This document shows positions 36,701 to 49,943 of a stretch of 64,000 nucleotides of DNA, piece by piece. The translations under genes were made by a program, and so were the position numbers. Within the stretch, counting starts at the first letter, position 1. Each line of letters begins with the position of its first letter. A model generated the notes under the pieces. That model searched no databases and was not told where the DNA came from. It saw nothing but the letters and a program-made list of their open reading frames with translations. This DNA comes from Phyllobates terribilis (lineage: Eukaryota). The stretch is taken from contig NW_027362763.1 of NCBI RefSeq assembly GCF_046119375.1, positions 548,948,001 to 549,012,000 of the forward strand. Direction: 5' to 3'.

Positions 36701-37569
36701 CTGCAAATGGTGTGACACATAGGTCAATATTACTGTACATGGGGGACTCAGTAGACATTATTTAAAGTTAAATGGGTATTTAATATGCTTTATTGCTATA
36801 GGGGCATTGAGTTTATTGTGACCATCAAGGGTACATTACTACTTTCAAGGGGGCAAAATGTTGTTACTGTCTTCTAGAGCACTTGCACAGGGCATTGATA
36901 TTTTTTAGGCTACAATTTTACACATCTAAAGGGCACAGGTCCATTAACTGAAACAAATATGGCAGCAGCAGGCCTAGCATAGGAGTGGCAGCAGGGTGAG
37001 GTGTTTGTGCAGGTTGGGAATAGATGGAGACGGTACTGGAAATGTGAGCCAAATGTTTAAACTCTGCAGACAAGTCATTGCTGGAAGAAGTTGTCATGGC
37101 GGTCTTAGCCAGATGGAGAACATGGGAAAAGTGAAGAACTGCATCAAAAGGAACATCAGCTGTAAGTCACTATATATAACAGCACTGTAATTTGTTAAGA
37201 TGTTCTGCAGGACTGGTATCTACTACTATATTGTCACCATATGGGGGTTATATCGCCGATACAGTTACACTCTGGGGCAAAGCAGGGAGACCCGATGTCC
37301 CTGCACTGCCACCCGACTGCTATGTGGCCCTTGAGCAGGAGGGTAGGGGGCTCCCAGTGCCTGCACCGAGCCCCCAACCCGTCACCGCAAGTTCAATGAT
37401 GAAAGAGAGAGTGTGATGCTCCCTCTCCCATCAATCTGATATCACTAACGCAGACACTGTCAGCGTGAGCGATGACATCATCACTTGGCGCCCACTGTCC
37501 TGAGATGTGCTGGCACACGGAGCAGCGGGGGAACGAGGAGGAGAGGTGAGTATTGAATTTTTTTTATGG

Positions 37570-37722
37570 GGGTGCATTATACTATATAGAGTCTGCCTAT
37601 GGGGGTGCATTATACTATATAGAGTCTGCCTATGGGCAATGCATTATACTATATAGAGAATGCCTATGGGCAGTGCATTATACTATATAGAGTCTGCCTA
37701 TGGGCAGTGCATTACACTATAT
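37570..37722 (+). repeat. ~31-bp minisatellite, ~5 copies
   Basis: GCATTATACTATATAGAGTCTGCCTATGGG units. Confidence 0.85.
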
Positions 37723-37731
37723 ACAGTAGAG

Positions 37732-40667
37732 CAGGGGTCTCAAACTCAGCTAAGTATATGGGCCACACATAGAAAAATGTGAATTTAAAGGGCCGCATTC
37801 TTTGCAGGATGATATGAAATTTTTAATGATACCATATTGTTTTTCTTATACACCTTTGGGATCCTTGTTTGAACATTTGTGGCTTTTTTATTTCATTCTT
37901 TTAAATGCCATTCATTTTATGGGCTATGGTACAGTTTTATCGTTTTTAAAAGTTTACAGTATTACAGTTTTAAAATTTTTATTTCCTTTTTGTGTCCCCT
38001 AATTGGCCACAAACAGTGATTTTTTTCTTCAATTAGCACCATATAGTAATTCTGACCAACTTGTTATAGTAATGTCCCCATCTTGTAGTAATGTCTCCCA
38101 TCTTGGTGCCCATTTTGTAGTAATGTGCCCATCCCGGTCCCCATCTTGTAGTAATGTGCCCGTTCCTGTCTCCATCTTGTAGTAATGTGCCCATCCTGGG
38201 CCCCATCTTGTAGTAATGTGCCCATCCTGGTCCTCATCTTGTAGTAATGTCCCCATCTTGTAGTAATGTCCCCCATCTAGATCCCCATCTTGTAGTAATG
38301 TGCCCATCCTGGTCTCCATCTTGTACTAATGTGCCCATCCTGGTCCCCGTCTTGAAGTAATGTGCCCATCCTGGTTCCCATCTTGTAGTAAAGTGCCCAT
38401 CCTGGTCACCATCTTGTAGCAATGTGCCCATTCTGGTCCCTATCTTGTAGCAATGTACCCATCCTGGTCCCCATTTTGTAATAATGTGCCCATCCTGGTC
38501 CCCATCTTGTAGTAATGTTCCCATCCTGGTCCCCATCTTATAGTAATGTGCCCATCCTGGTCCCCATCTTGTACTAATGTCCCCCATCTTGGTCCCCATC
38601 ATGTAGTAATGTGCCCATCCCGGTCCCCATTTTGTAGTAATGTGCCCATCCCAGTCCCCATCTTCTAGTAATGTGCCCATCCCAGTCCCCATCTTGTAGT
38701 AATGTGCCCATCCCTGTCCCCATCTTGTAGTAATGTGCCCATCCTGGTCCCCATCTTGTAGTAATGTGCCCATCCTGTAGTAATGTGCCCATCTTGTAGT
38801 AATGTCACCCATCTTGGTCCCCATCTTGTAGTAATGTGCCCATCCTGGTCCCCATCTTATAGTAATGTGCCCATCCTGGTCCCCATCTTGAAGTAATGTG
38901 CCAATCCTGGTCCCCATCTTGTAGTAAAGTGCCCATCCTGGTCCCCATCTTGTAGTAATGTGCCCATCCTGGTCCCCATCTTGCAGTAATGTGCCCATCC
39001 TGATCCCCATGTTGTAGTAATGTGCCCATCCTGGTCCCCGTCTTGTAGTAATGTAGTAATGTTCCCATCCTGGTCCCCATCTTGTAGTAATGTGCCCATC
39101 CTGTGCCCATCTTGTAGTAATGTGCCCATCCTGGTCCCCATCTTGTAGTAATGTGCCCATCCTGGTCCCCATCTTGTAGTAATGTGCCCATCCTGATCCC
39201 CATGTTGTAGTAATGTGCCCATCCTGGTCCCCATCTTGTAGTAATGTAGTAATGTTCCCATCCTGGTCCCCATCTTGTAGTAATGTGCCCATCCTGATCC
39301 CCATGTTGTAGTAATGTGCCCATCCTGGTCCCCATCTTGTAGTAATGTGCCCATCCTGGTTCCCATCTTGTAGTAATGTGCCCATCCTGATCCCCATGTT
39401 GTAATAATGTGCCCATCCTGGTCACCATCTTGTAGTAATGTAGCAATGTTCCCGTCCTGGTCCCCATCTTGTAGTAATGTGCCCATCCTGATCCCCATGT
39501 TGTAGTAATGTGCCCATCCTGGTCCCCATCTTGTAGTAATGTAGTAATGTTCCTATCCTGGTCCCCATCTTGTAGTAATGTGCCCATCCTGGTGCCCATC
39601 TTGTAGTAATGTGCCCATCCTGGTCCCCATCTTGTAGTAATGTTCCCATTCTGGTCCCCATCTTATAGTAATGTGCCCATCCTGGTCCCCATCTTGTAGT
39701 AATGTGCCCATCCTGGTCCCCATCTAGTACGAATGTTCCCCATCTTGGTCCCCATCATGTAGTAATGTGCCCATCCCGGTCCCCATCTTGTAGTAACGTG
39801 CCCATCCCGGTCCCCATCTTGTAGTAATGTGCCCATCCCGGACCCCATCTTGTAGTAATGTACCCATCCTTGTGCCCTTCTTGTAGTAATGTGCCCATCC
39901 TGGTCCCCATCTTGTAGTAATGTGCCCATCCTGGTCCCCATCTTGTACTAATGATCCCCATCTTGGTCCCCATCATGTAGTAATGTGCCCATCCCGGTCC
40001 CCATCTTGTAGTAACGTGCCCATCCCGGTCCCCATCTTGTAGTAATGTGGCCATCCCGGTCCCCATCTTGTAGTAACGTGCCCATCCTGGTCCCCATCTT
40101 GTAGTAATGTGCCCATCCTGGTCCCCATCTTGTAGTAATGTACCCATCCTTGTGCCCATCTTGTAGTAATGTGCCCATCCTGGTCCCCATCTTGTACTAA
40201 TGATCCCCATCTTGCTCCCCATCATGTAGTAATGTGCCCATCCCGGTCCCCATCTTGTAGTAACGTGCCCATCCTAGTCCCCATCTTGTAGTAATGTGCC
40301 CATCCTGGTCCCCATCTTGTAGTAATGTGCCCCATCCTGGTCCCCATCTTGTAGTAATGTGCCCATCCTGGTCCCCATCTTGTAGTAATGTACCCATCCT
40401 TGTGCCCATCTTGTAGTAATGTGCCCATCCTGGTCCCCATCTTGTAGTAATGGCCCATCCTGGTCCCCATCTTGTAGTAATGTTCCAATCCTGTTCCCCA
40501 TCTTGTAGTAATGGCCCACCCTGGTCCCTAACTTGTAGAACATTCAACTGATAATAATCACTGACTTTGACGGCCCTCAGGACCAGGCTGCAATCATTAC
40601 GGGGGTTCCAATGCCTGCGGGCTCATGGGCACCATGCGGCCCTCGTGCCGCATGTTTGAGACCCCTA
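37732..40667. mobile_element. Non-autonomous hAT-type element carrying a 31-bp minisatellite
   Basis: CAGGGGTCTCAAAC ... GTTTGAGACCCCTA inverted termini. The 8-bp flanks (CAGTAGAG / TTCTAGGA) match only partly. A second right end lies at 42450. Confidence 0.7.
38060..40545 (+). repeat. 31-bp minisatellite, block 1
   Basis: CATCTTGTAGTAATGTGCCCATCCTGGTCCC units with deletion variants. Confidence 0.97.
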
Positions 40668-40973
40668 TTCTAGGACAAAAAATCCCCACTTAACATTTAA
40701 TAATCACCTGAGTGCCCCCTGTATAGGTCCCCTATATACAGTATGATGGGCCTGGTGGCTGGTGATTGGCTACAAAGTAAAATCGGTACATGATGGGTTA
40801 CTGCTGGACCTTTTGGGTACAAGTCTTTGTACAGATGTCATTTTAGTGCATTGTAAGAATATAGTGGGTTAATGCTGCAAGCTTTGTTCTCAGTCCTTTT
40901 ATTCGCCAGTTCCTACTCTCTCCTCATTATCTCATTTGGCCATGCATGCTGTCGTTTATTGTGTCCACAAATC

Positions 40974-42756
40974 CTGGTCCCCATCTTGTAGTAATGTGCC
41001 CATCCTGTAGTAATGTGCCCATCTTGTAGTAATGTCACCCATCTTGGTCCCCATCTTGTAGTAATGTGCCCATCCTGGTCCCCATCTTATGGTAATGTGC
41101 CCATCCTGGTCCCCATCTTGAAGTAATGTGCCAATCCTGGTCCCCATCTTGTAGTAAAGTGCCCATCCTGGTCCCCATCTTGTAGTAATGTGCCCATCCT
41201 GATCCCCATGTTGTAGTAATGTGCCCATCCTGGTCCCCGTCTTGTAGTAATGTAGTAATGTTCCCATCCTGGTCCCCATCTTGTAGTAATGTGCCCATCC
41301 TGTGCCCATCTTGTAGTAATGTGCCCATCCTGGTCCCTTGTAGTAATGTGCCCATCCTGGTCCCCATCTTGTAGTAATGTGCCCATCCTGATCCCCATGT
41401 TGTAGTAATGTGCCCATCCTGGTCCCCATCTTGTAGTAATGTAGTAATGTTCCCATCCTGGTCTCCATCTTGTAGTAATGTGCCCATCCTGATCCCCATG
41501 TTGTAGTAATGTGCCCATCCTGGTCCCCATCTTGTAGTAATGTAGTAATGTTCCCATCCTGGTCCCCATCTTGTAGTAATGTGCCCATCCTGGTGCCCAT
41601 CTTGTAGTAATGTGCCCATCCTGGTCCCCATCTTGTAGTAATGTTCCCATTCTGGTCCCCATCTTATAGTAATGTGCCCATCCTGGTCCCCATCTTGTAG
41701 TAATGTGCCCATCCTGGTCCCCATCTAGTACTAATGTTCCCCATCTTGGTCCCCATCATGTAGTAATGTGCCCATCCCGGTCCCCATCTTGTAGTAACGT
41801 GCCCATCCCGATCCCCATCTTGTAGTAATGTGCCCATCCCGGACCCCATCTTGTAGTAATGTACCCATCCTTGTGCCCTTCTTGTAGTAATGTGCCCATC
41901 CTGGTCCCCATCTTGTAGTAATGTGCCCATCCTGGTCCCCATCTTGTACTAATGATCCCCATCTTGGTCCCCATCATGTAGTAATGTGCCCATCCTGGTC
42001 CCCATCTTGTAGTAACGTGCCCATCCCGGTCCCCATCTTGTAGTAATGTGCCCATCCTGGTCCCCATCTTGTAGTAATGTGCCCATCCTGGTCCCCATCT
42101 TGTAGTAATGTGCCCCATCCTGGTCCCCATCTTGTAGTAATGTGCCCATCCTGGTCCCCATCTTGTAGTAATGTGCCCATCCTTGTGCCCATCTTGTAGT
42201 AATGTGCCCATCCTGGTCCCCATCTTGTAGTAATGGCCCATCCTGGTCCCCATCTTGTAGTAATGTTCCAATCCTGGTCCCCATCTTGTAGTAATGGCCC
42301 ACCCTGGTCCCTAACTTGTAGAACATTCAACTGATAATAATCACTGACTTTGACGGCCCTCAGGACCAGGCTGCAATCATTACGGGGGCTCCAATGCCTG
42401 CGGGCTCATGGGCACCATGCGGCCCTCGTGCCGCATGTTTGAGACCCCTATTCTAGGACAAAAAATCCCCACTTAACATTTAATAATCACCTGAGTGCCC
42501 CCTGTATAGGTCCCCTATATACAGTATGATGGGCCTGGTGGCTGGTGATTGGCTACAAAGTAAAATCGGTACATGATGGGTTACTGCTGGACCTTTTGGG
42601 TACAAGTCTTTGTACAGATGTCATTTTAGTGCATTGTAAGAATATAGTGGGTTAATGCTGCAAGCTTTGTTCTCAGTCCTTTTATTCGCCAGTTCCTACT
42701 CTCTCCTCATTATCTCATTTGGCCATGCATGCTGTCCTTTATTGTGTCCACAAATC
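40974..42756 (+). repeat. Tandem duplication: minisatellite block 2 (40974-42325) plus a second copy of the unique segment 40541-40973
   Basis: 40541-40973 recurs at 42324-42756 (offset 1783) with only a few substitutions. Confidence 0.95.
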
Positions 42757-43179
42757 TGGATGAATGTCTGCATGACAAACAATTCTGCTTTCTGATTTTT
42801 TTGGAGCAAGTGAGGACACGGTACAGGTTGCTATATCAGGATTCAATCATTTTCATGGTTACATTTCTCATATAAATGTAATCCTTTGCAGCCTTTTAGT
42901 TATGAGCTTGTCTGGTTAAGGAGATTCTCTAAGCCATAAATCAGGGTGAGCAGCACAGTCCAGAGCTAATAATGCTGAAAAGTTTTACTTCGCAAACGGC
43001 ACGTGCAGGGGCGTACATAGAAATCATGGGGCCCCATAGCAGAAGCTCGAATTGCCCCCCCCCCCCCAAAAAAAAATAAAAAAAAAAATATTTGTTTGTG
43101 TCACAGAGGAGCAGATCTCACTACTTTCCAGCCTTTACAGAGTAATTTTCCTCCTGCTGAAGTCCTAGATTCCTCTTTC

Positions 43180-43750
43180 ATTGCCCCATATAGTATGATG
43201 CCAATAAAAGTGCCCCCTAAACACAGTTTGATACCCCCATGGTGCATTCCTCCACATTAGCCCCCACATCCACAGTATAATGACCCTATTGTACCCCACT
43301 TCAACTCCCAAGGCAAAGTATGGTGACCCTAACACAGTATAATCCCCCAACTGTGACTCGCACACAGCCCTCCATACAGTATAATGGCCCGCACTAGCCC
43401 TCCAAACAGTATGATGGCCCCCAAACAAACCTTCACACTGTATTATTGCTTTCATACAGTATAATGGCCCCCAACATAGCCCTCAAAATATTATAATGGC
43501 CCCACATAGCCTTCCATATGGTATAATACGCCACCCATAATCCTCCATATAGTATAATGTGCCCCCCATAATCCTCCATATAGTATAATGCACCTTCCAT
43601 AATCCTCCATATATTATAATGAACTTCCCATGGTTTCCATAGAATATAATGCACTCCCCATAGTGCTCCATACATTATATTACACACCCCATAGGGTAAA
43701 ATGCAGCCCCCATATAGTATAATGCACCCCACAGTCCTGCAGTATTATGG
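43180..43750 (+). repeat. Degenerate ~22-bp minisatellite (CCCCAYAYAGTATAATG)
   Basis: Repeated AGTATAATG + CCCC units. Confidence 0.75.
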
Positions 43751-43924
43751 GCACCACATACTCACTGATTTAAACATACCGTATATTTTAAATAAGCCAA
43801 CCCAAGTATAAGCTGAGGCCCCTAATTTTACCACAGAAAAACTGGGAAAACGTATTGACTCGAGTATAAGCCTAGGGTGGGAAATGCAGCAGCTACTGGT
43901 ATATTTACCCATTTGGGCATGTAT

Positions 43925-44710
43925 GGTACCCCTCATCCACCAATCCTGGTACGTATGGCATCCCTCATCCCCCAATCCTGTTACGTATGGCCACATCATC
44001 CACCAATCCTGGTATATATGGCACCCCTCATCCCCCAATCCTGGTACGTATGGCACCTCTCATCCCCTAATCCTGGTACGCATGGCACCCCTCATCCCCA
44101 ATACTGGTATGCATGGCCCCCTCATCACACAATACTGGTACGCATGGCCCCCTCATCCCTAATCCTGGTATGCTTTGCCCCCTCTTCCCCCAATCCTGGT
44201 ATGCATGGCCTCCTCCTCCCCCAATCCTGGTATGCATGGCCCCCTCATCCCCCAATCCTGGTATGCATGGCCTCTTCATCCCACAATCCTGGTATGCATG
44301 GCCCCCTCATCCCAAATCCTGGTATGAATGGCCCCCTCAACCCCAATCCTGGTATGCATGTCCCCCTCAGCCCCCCAATCCTGGTATGCATGGCCTCCTC
44401 CTCCCCCAATCCTGGTATGCATGGCCCCCTCATCCCCCCAGTCCTGGTATGCATGGCCCCCTCATCCCCCCAATCCTGGTATGCATGGCCCCCTCATCTC
44501 CCAATCCTGGTATGTATGGCCTCCTCATCCCCCAATCCTGGTATGTGATGCCCCGTCATCCCCCAATCCTGGCATGCATGGCCCCTTCATCCCCAATCCT
44601 GGTATGTGTGGCCCCCCTCATTCCCCAATCCTGGTATGCATGGCCACCTCATCCCCCATTCCTGGTATGTGTGGCCTCCTCATCCCCCAATCTTGGTATG
44701 TGTGTCCCAA
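43925..44710 (+). repeat. ~30-bp minisatellite downstream of a Tc1/mariner-type MITE end (CCGTATAT...TCGAGTATAAGCC near 43779-43870)
   Basis: CCCCTCATCCCCCAATCCTGGTATGCATGG units. Confidence 0.9.
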
Positions 44711-45852
44711 TCACTTTACACATAAAAAAAAATAAACACTTATACTCACCCTCCTTCCTCACCTCTGCTCCAGCGCTGCTGTGTCCTGTCTGCCAGCTGC
44801 TCATGTCGGCATCTGAACAGCGTGCGCTCTCAGACGCCGAGGTGAGCTGCTGCTGCCGGCACATTCACTCTTCTCCACACAGGGACTATGGGTGTAGAGA
44901 AGCGTGAATATTCATTCTTTTTAGTAGCGGGCACTGACAGCAGGAGCTATTAAAGAGAATGAATATTCCCTCTTCTGTACGCCCATGGGAGAAGAGGAGA
45001 GGGAATATTCATGTTCCTTTAGCAGCGGGCACACGTGGCAGCTGCAGCAGCCGCTACTACGTGTGCCCCACTCCACTGCCGCAACCTCTCTCCCCCCAAT
45101 ACTCACCTATCCTCTTCCTGTCCTATCCTCCTTGTTCCCCCGCTGCTTCGGGGCCCCTCGGCTCACGGGCCCCATAGCAGTGGAGTGGCCTGCCGCCATT
45201 GGCGGTATGCCGCTGGGCACGTGGAACAGCAAGGACAAGTACAGATGGATATGCAGAACAGCAGGTGGATATGTGAAAAAAGGAGCACTAGATGCAGCAG
45301 AGCCAAATATGTGAGCTACCAAAGAACTGCAGTTGGAGATGCAACTACACTAGGATATCTGAGACAAGTTTATTATTAGGTAACTCGATACATGGGAAAT
45401 GAAAATGCTGCAGCACCAGAAATAGCTGCTAATCAGTTTGTTATCAGGTGCTTTGTTGCAACAGAGTTGAAGTTGTGAACAGAATCAAGAAGCAGAGATG
45501 AGTTTTTTATCAGGTACCTTGATAACAACTAAGTTAAAGGTGTGAACAGCACCAAGAATAGCTGGACTGAGCTTGGAAATAGAAGCTGGTTGCTGGAAAG
45601 CATTCTGGAGAAGCTAAACCGATCAGACACATGGCTTGAACAGAACCAAGTGGAATGTGTAGTTTGACTCTAGGAACACATATGATTTCAGAGTACAATA
45701 CTACTTCAATACTCAGGAGGCAGACACCTGCTTAAACTGGCCATAAAAGGCCTTGGTTAATGACATCAGAGATACTCGCCTGATTGCCATAGTAAGCCAG
45801 TGTGGACTTGCACAAAAGGAGGCAGACATAGGGGTATGGTGTAACACTTTTA

Positions 45853-47319
45853 GGCCATGGCCCCACTATCAGAATTTGGTCAGTATTCGGTCACTATTTT
45901 TTCTCAGGAGTGGGAGCCAAAACCAGGAGTGGGTGATCAATGCAGAATTGGTGACTTGTTTCTATTGACTCGCCCAGGGGGATATGGGGGACTCGGTATC
46001 CGGGCCTTTACCTTCTTTGTAGGATGTCACGGCAGTCGGCTCCCGGGCCCGTCCTCTGGGGTCACTCTTTAAAAGGGGGTTTGTTAACAGTTTTTGTCTC
46101 GTGACGCCACCTGTGGTTCCCGGTAATGAGTACCGGCGCTGCTGCAAACCTCCGTGGGTGATGGGATGGCAGCTCGGATGTTTCTGCTCCCCACAGGTGG
46201 AGCGAGCCCCCCCGGGGCAGTGTAGGTGCAGATGGTGATGCTGGGCGTTGCAGTGCAGGAGCGGTAGCATGGTGGAAATAACTGACAGAGACAGTGGAGT
46301 GCAGTCATCCGAGTTTACTCACAGTTCTTTAAAATTCCTTAGGTACACTGTCCAGGTGTCAGACTCCCGCGTCGCACTGCGTTTGCCAGGCAGGGGTTCA
46401 GCACTCCTTCAGGTATATTAGAAGCACTTAACAGAACCCCCTTTCTTTATGTTCCTTCCTTGACCGACTTCCCGTGCTGGGTCTTCTCCCTCCTGCCCTG
46501 CGCTCCCCCACACACAGTCCCGATCGGGTACTCTGAGATCCCTCTGGGCAACCTGGAGTTCTCGGATCTACTTGGTGCCCTTCACGGCGGCTAAGGTGAG
46601 GTTGTGGCAACTGCACCATGGAAGTGCAGAAGCCTCCGGTTTTTCCAGCCGAGACCTGGAGTAACACGGCTGGTCCAGGGACTGGTTCCCTTCTTGCGGC
46701 CTGATCCCTCTGACTCTTGGCAAATTCGGGCGTATGGGTGCCGTCCTGCACTCACCGTACCCCCTGGGATCCCTTCTGTTACCGGACCCTTCCTCCCTGA
46801 CTCCCCTCTGACTCCTGGACCTCTCTTACTAGGCCCCACTATGGAGCAGAGCTCCTGAAGAGACTCTGCTCCCCTCCTCTCCTCTCCTTACTACTCACTG
46901 ACTGAACTGAACTGAACTCCCTAACTAAGATGGCTTCCCTTTTTATATCTATTCTCTAAGTGCTCCCCTGTTCTACGTCCTCCACCCACCCCCACTACTG
47001 GTTCCCCCTCTCTTTGGTTCCCCCGACTCCAGCCAGGGACAGGGCAGCAGAAGAAGTGCATAATGCCCTTCCAGCCGGCCTGGAGTAGTGTAGTGTTGAG
47101 TGTAGGTGTTGGGGTCCCGGGGCAGTACTCCCTCCTTACCTGAGAGAAGGAGATGCCACACCTCTGGGTGAGGTGCAGTACCTCTGTGGTGACTGAACCC
47201 TCAGGGGCGCCACACTATTATACCTTTTCGCTGATTGTTCCTCACCTGGTTTTGGCTCCCACTCCTGAGAAAAAATACTGATCGAATACTGACCAGATAC
47301 TGATAGTGGGGCCATGGCC
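45853..47319. mobile_element. Harbinger-type MITE split by a solo LTR
   Basis: TTA|GGCCATGGCCCCACTATCAG...CTCAGGAGTGGGAGCCAAAACCAGG and its inverse ending ...GTGGGGCCATGGCC|TTA. TSD TTA. Confidence 0.85.
45966..47214 (-). mobile_element. Solo LTR, 1249 bp (PBS-containing family)
   Basis: TGAC...CCACA termini, perfect 4-bp TSD CTAT/CTAT. TATAAAAAG and GTGAGTAAA on the minus strand. Confidence 0.9.
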
Positions 47320-47337
47320 TTAGATTAACAATTTTAA

Positions 47338-47748
47338 AGGGAATCTGTCAGTATGTTTTGTATGTAATCTGACAGCACCATAAGGTAGGGACAGAGACCC
47401 TGATTCCAGCAATGTATCACTTAATTTACTGAGTGCAAAAGTTGTGATAGAATCACAGTTTTCTGTGCTGTAGATCTAGCAGAGCTTGAAATAATGAGCT
47501 GTGTATAACCCCAACCACACCACTGATTAGCAGTTTTCTCTGTACATTGTATAGTGCCAGAAAGTTAATTAGTGCTGAGGGTGTGGATGGACTACCAGGC
47601 ATGAGGCTGCTTCTCCTGTAGTAATAATCTCCTGCTGATTGTATTGAAACAGCAAAACACAGCCCAGTAAAATACACATAGCTGGAATCAGGGTCTCTAC
47701 CACTACATCATGGTGCTCTCAGATTACATAGCAAAAATCAAATTCCCT
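47338..47748. mobile_element. Kolobok/T2-type MITE, 411 bp
   Basis: TTAA|AGGGAATCTGTCAG ... AATTCCCT|TTAA, with inverted AGAGACCCTGATTCCAGC / GCTGGAATCAGGGTCTCT. Confidence 0.85.
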
Positions 47749-48142
47749 TTAAATAGAAGTCACTTGAATAAATTAAGGAGGAGTGATCATGAACACTAAC
47801 ATGAATCTCAATCTTTGTTGATATTATTACATACCAATTTAATCTATTGCAAATCAGATTCCTCTACTGTATTCTGATAAATCTACACATAGATCTAGAC
47901 GCAGTCTACATTTAAAAATATCCACTTTATATAAAATAGATACTTTGGGAAGCTAATACCAATATGCTTGGTGGAAATATTACTTTTGGATAGAAAGTTT
48001 ATATGCACAGGAAATACCACTGACAATATAAAGCTAAATACTTCAATTGTTTGCAGCCCAAAGAGCTACCATTAAAGGGCTTGTCCATGGCTTAGATATT
48101 GATGACCTATATTAAAGACAGTGGGTGCTCAGCTCCCATTAA

Positions 48143-48814
48143 AGGGAATCTATCAGTAGGATCAACGGTCCTAAGCCGTCTATATGAGCATGTAGGACAT
48201 AGGAAGCTGAATAAAATGATATTTTGATATCTGTAATCCGATGTTTTATTCCAGAGAAATCCATGTTTTTCTTATATGTAAATGAGCTGTTCAGTAATAT
48301 GGGCCGGACACTGATCTGCTTGAGAATCAGCCTCTAGAACTTATTATACACATAAGGTGGAGTTACCAGTGTGATGTGTAATGGTCGCTCTCTGCTCTCC
48401 TGATCTCACTGCAGAGCTGTGTGTGACTATACCTGACACATCTGCAGGTTCCTCTCAGGGATTCAGCTTCCATCTCACAGGCAGACAGGGTTGTAATAGG
48501 GCAGAGTTGTGAGAGCTGCAGCTGCTAACATGTTTGTTATGAAACAAAGTTCAGTTCCGCTGTTTTGTGTTAGTTGCATGTCTCACACTGGTAACTCCCC
48601 CTTTTATTAAAAATGATCTCTGGAGGCAGATTCTCATGGAGATCAGTGTCTGGCCCATATCCCTGAACAGCTCATTAACATATAAGAAAAACATGGATTT
48701 CTCTGGAATAAAACATCAGATCACAGATATCAAGGAATCATTTTATTCAGCTTCCTATGACCTGCATGTCCATATAGACAATTTAGGAGGGTTGATACTA
48801 CTGACAGATTCCCA
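48143..48814. mobile_element. Kolobok/T2-type MITE nested in an older MITE (~48075-48995)
   Basis: TTAA|AGGGAATCTATCAGTAGGATCAAC...CATAGGAAGCTGAATAAAATGAT and its inverse ATCATTTTATTCAGCTTCCTATG...GTTGATACTACTGACAGATTCCC. Confidence 0.8.
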
Positions 48815-49658
48815 CTAAGGTAAAATTTCCCAAGAACAGTTACTACACAAATGTATGGAGATGTGCGGTTTACTTCCAGCTGCTGTGAGACCAGAAAACA
48901 GCTGATTGCGGGGGTGCCGGGTTTTAGACCCATAATGATTTGATATTTATGAGCTATCCCGAAAATAGGTCAGCAGTATATGACAACCGATTTATATCTA
49001 CGCTGTAACCAGGTTCGTTTTTCATTCTGTAGTCTTGTAATGTCAAGTTAAAACCCATACGGCTGCTTTGTAGTCATTGCTTGTTCCTCACACATTTTTC
49101 CCCACCTACTTGTGTACAGACAATTCAAGACAGGTAATTTTCCTCAGATAATGACTAGGCACCATTTGGCACTTTTTTTTTGTAGATGTGAGTTTGATCT
49201 CTATATAGTATTCTTCTCATTAAGTTATTTAAATAGTTGTGTCTTTTTTGATGAACATACATTTTTAAATGATGTGTTTATATTAATATTTTATATTTTT
49301 TAGATATCAGGAGAAAATGTAAAAATGTAAATGAGCATCTACTGAGGATACTACTTGCTCTGGCCATTATATGACTTTTATTCTGCACTTTCAGCAGTTT
49401 TTTGCAGGCTCTATCTCTTAGGTCTCTTTCACACGTCCTGATATTTCTGGTACTGGAAAAAGCAGTATCGGAGATACCTGTGTCCACGTGTCCGTGTGTT
49501 TCATATGTGTAGCAACTGTGTGCCGCATCAGTATGACACAGTTCGTTGCAATTTACTCTGAGTTGGTGGGAGAAAACTACCTAATATGATTTCTCCCATA
49601 CACAGAAAAGCACACAGAGAGGGATCCTGCTCTCCATTACTTAGTTAGCACACAGAAA

Positions 49659-49943
49659 TAGTGTTGAGTGAACATGCTCGACACTGCTCAGTACTCGCCC
49701 GAGCATCACGCTACTCGGGATGTTCGGCGAGCACCGAGCATTTCCGGGTTACTTGGGAGGGAGCTCGGGTCTACGCCCTGCATGTTTGGCGCTCTTTACA
49801 GAGCCAATGAACATGCAGGGATTGCCAGCCAGTCACTGTAATGCCGCAGCCATGTTGTTTGTGGGCATTACAGTGATTGGCTGGCCGCACAGCGTCACCT
49901 CGAGTATTTAAAACGGGCCCCGCCATCTTGGACACATTCGCTC
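49659..49943 (+). mobile_element. Left arm of a hAT-like element (TAGTGTTGAGTGAAC.. terminus) leading into the satellite
   Basis: TAG.G.TGAG terminus with repeated GCTCG/CGAGCA subterminal motifs. The right end is outside the window. Confidence 0.6.

Larger units (their letters stand above)
43006..45215. mobile_element. Non-autonomous hAT element, 2210 bp
   Basis: CAGGGGCGTAC ... GTATGCCGCTG TIRs, perfect 8-bp TSD GGCACGTG, subterminal GGGCCCCATAGCA at both ends. Confidence 0.9.

Noticed and set aside
38060-42325. CRISPR-like regular repeats
   Set aside because: No unique spacers and no cas genes; eukaryotic context.
38029-42330. Many ORFs of the MGTRMGTLLQDGDQDG type
   Set aside because: All three minus frames of a 31-bp minisatellite lack stops, so these are repeat artefacts.
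43877-44907. Proline-rich ORFs of 223 and 264 aa
   Set aside because: Translations of the C-rich 30-bp minisatellite.
49110-49375. Possible 14-nt micro-exon plus terminal exon (QFKTDIRRKCKNVNEHLLRILLALAII*)
   Set aside because: Splice-like motifs are common in AT-rich DNA; no independent support.
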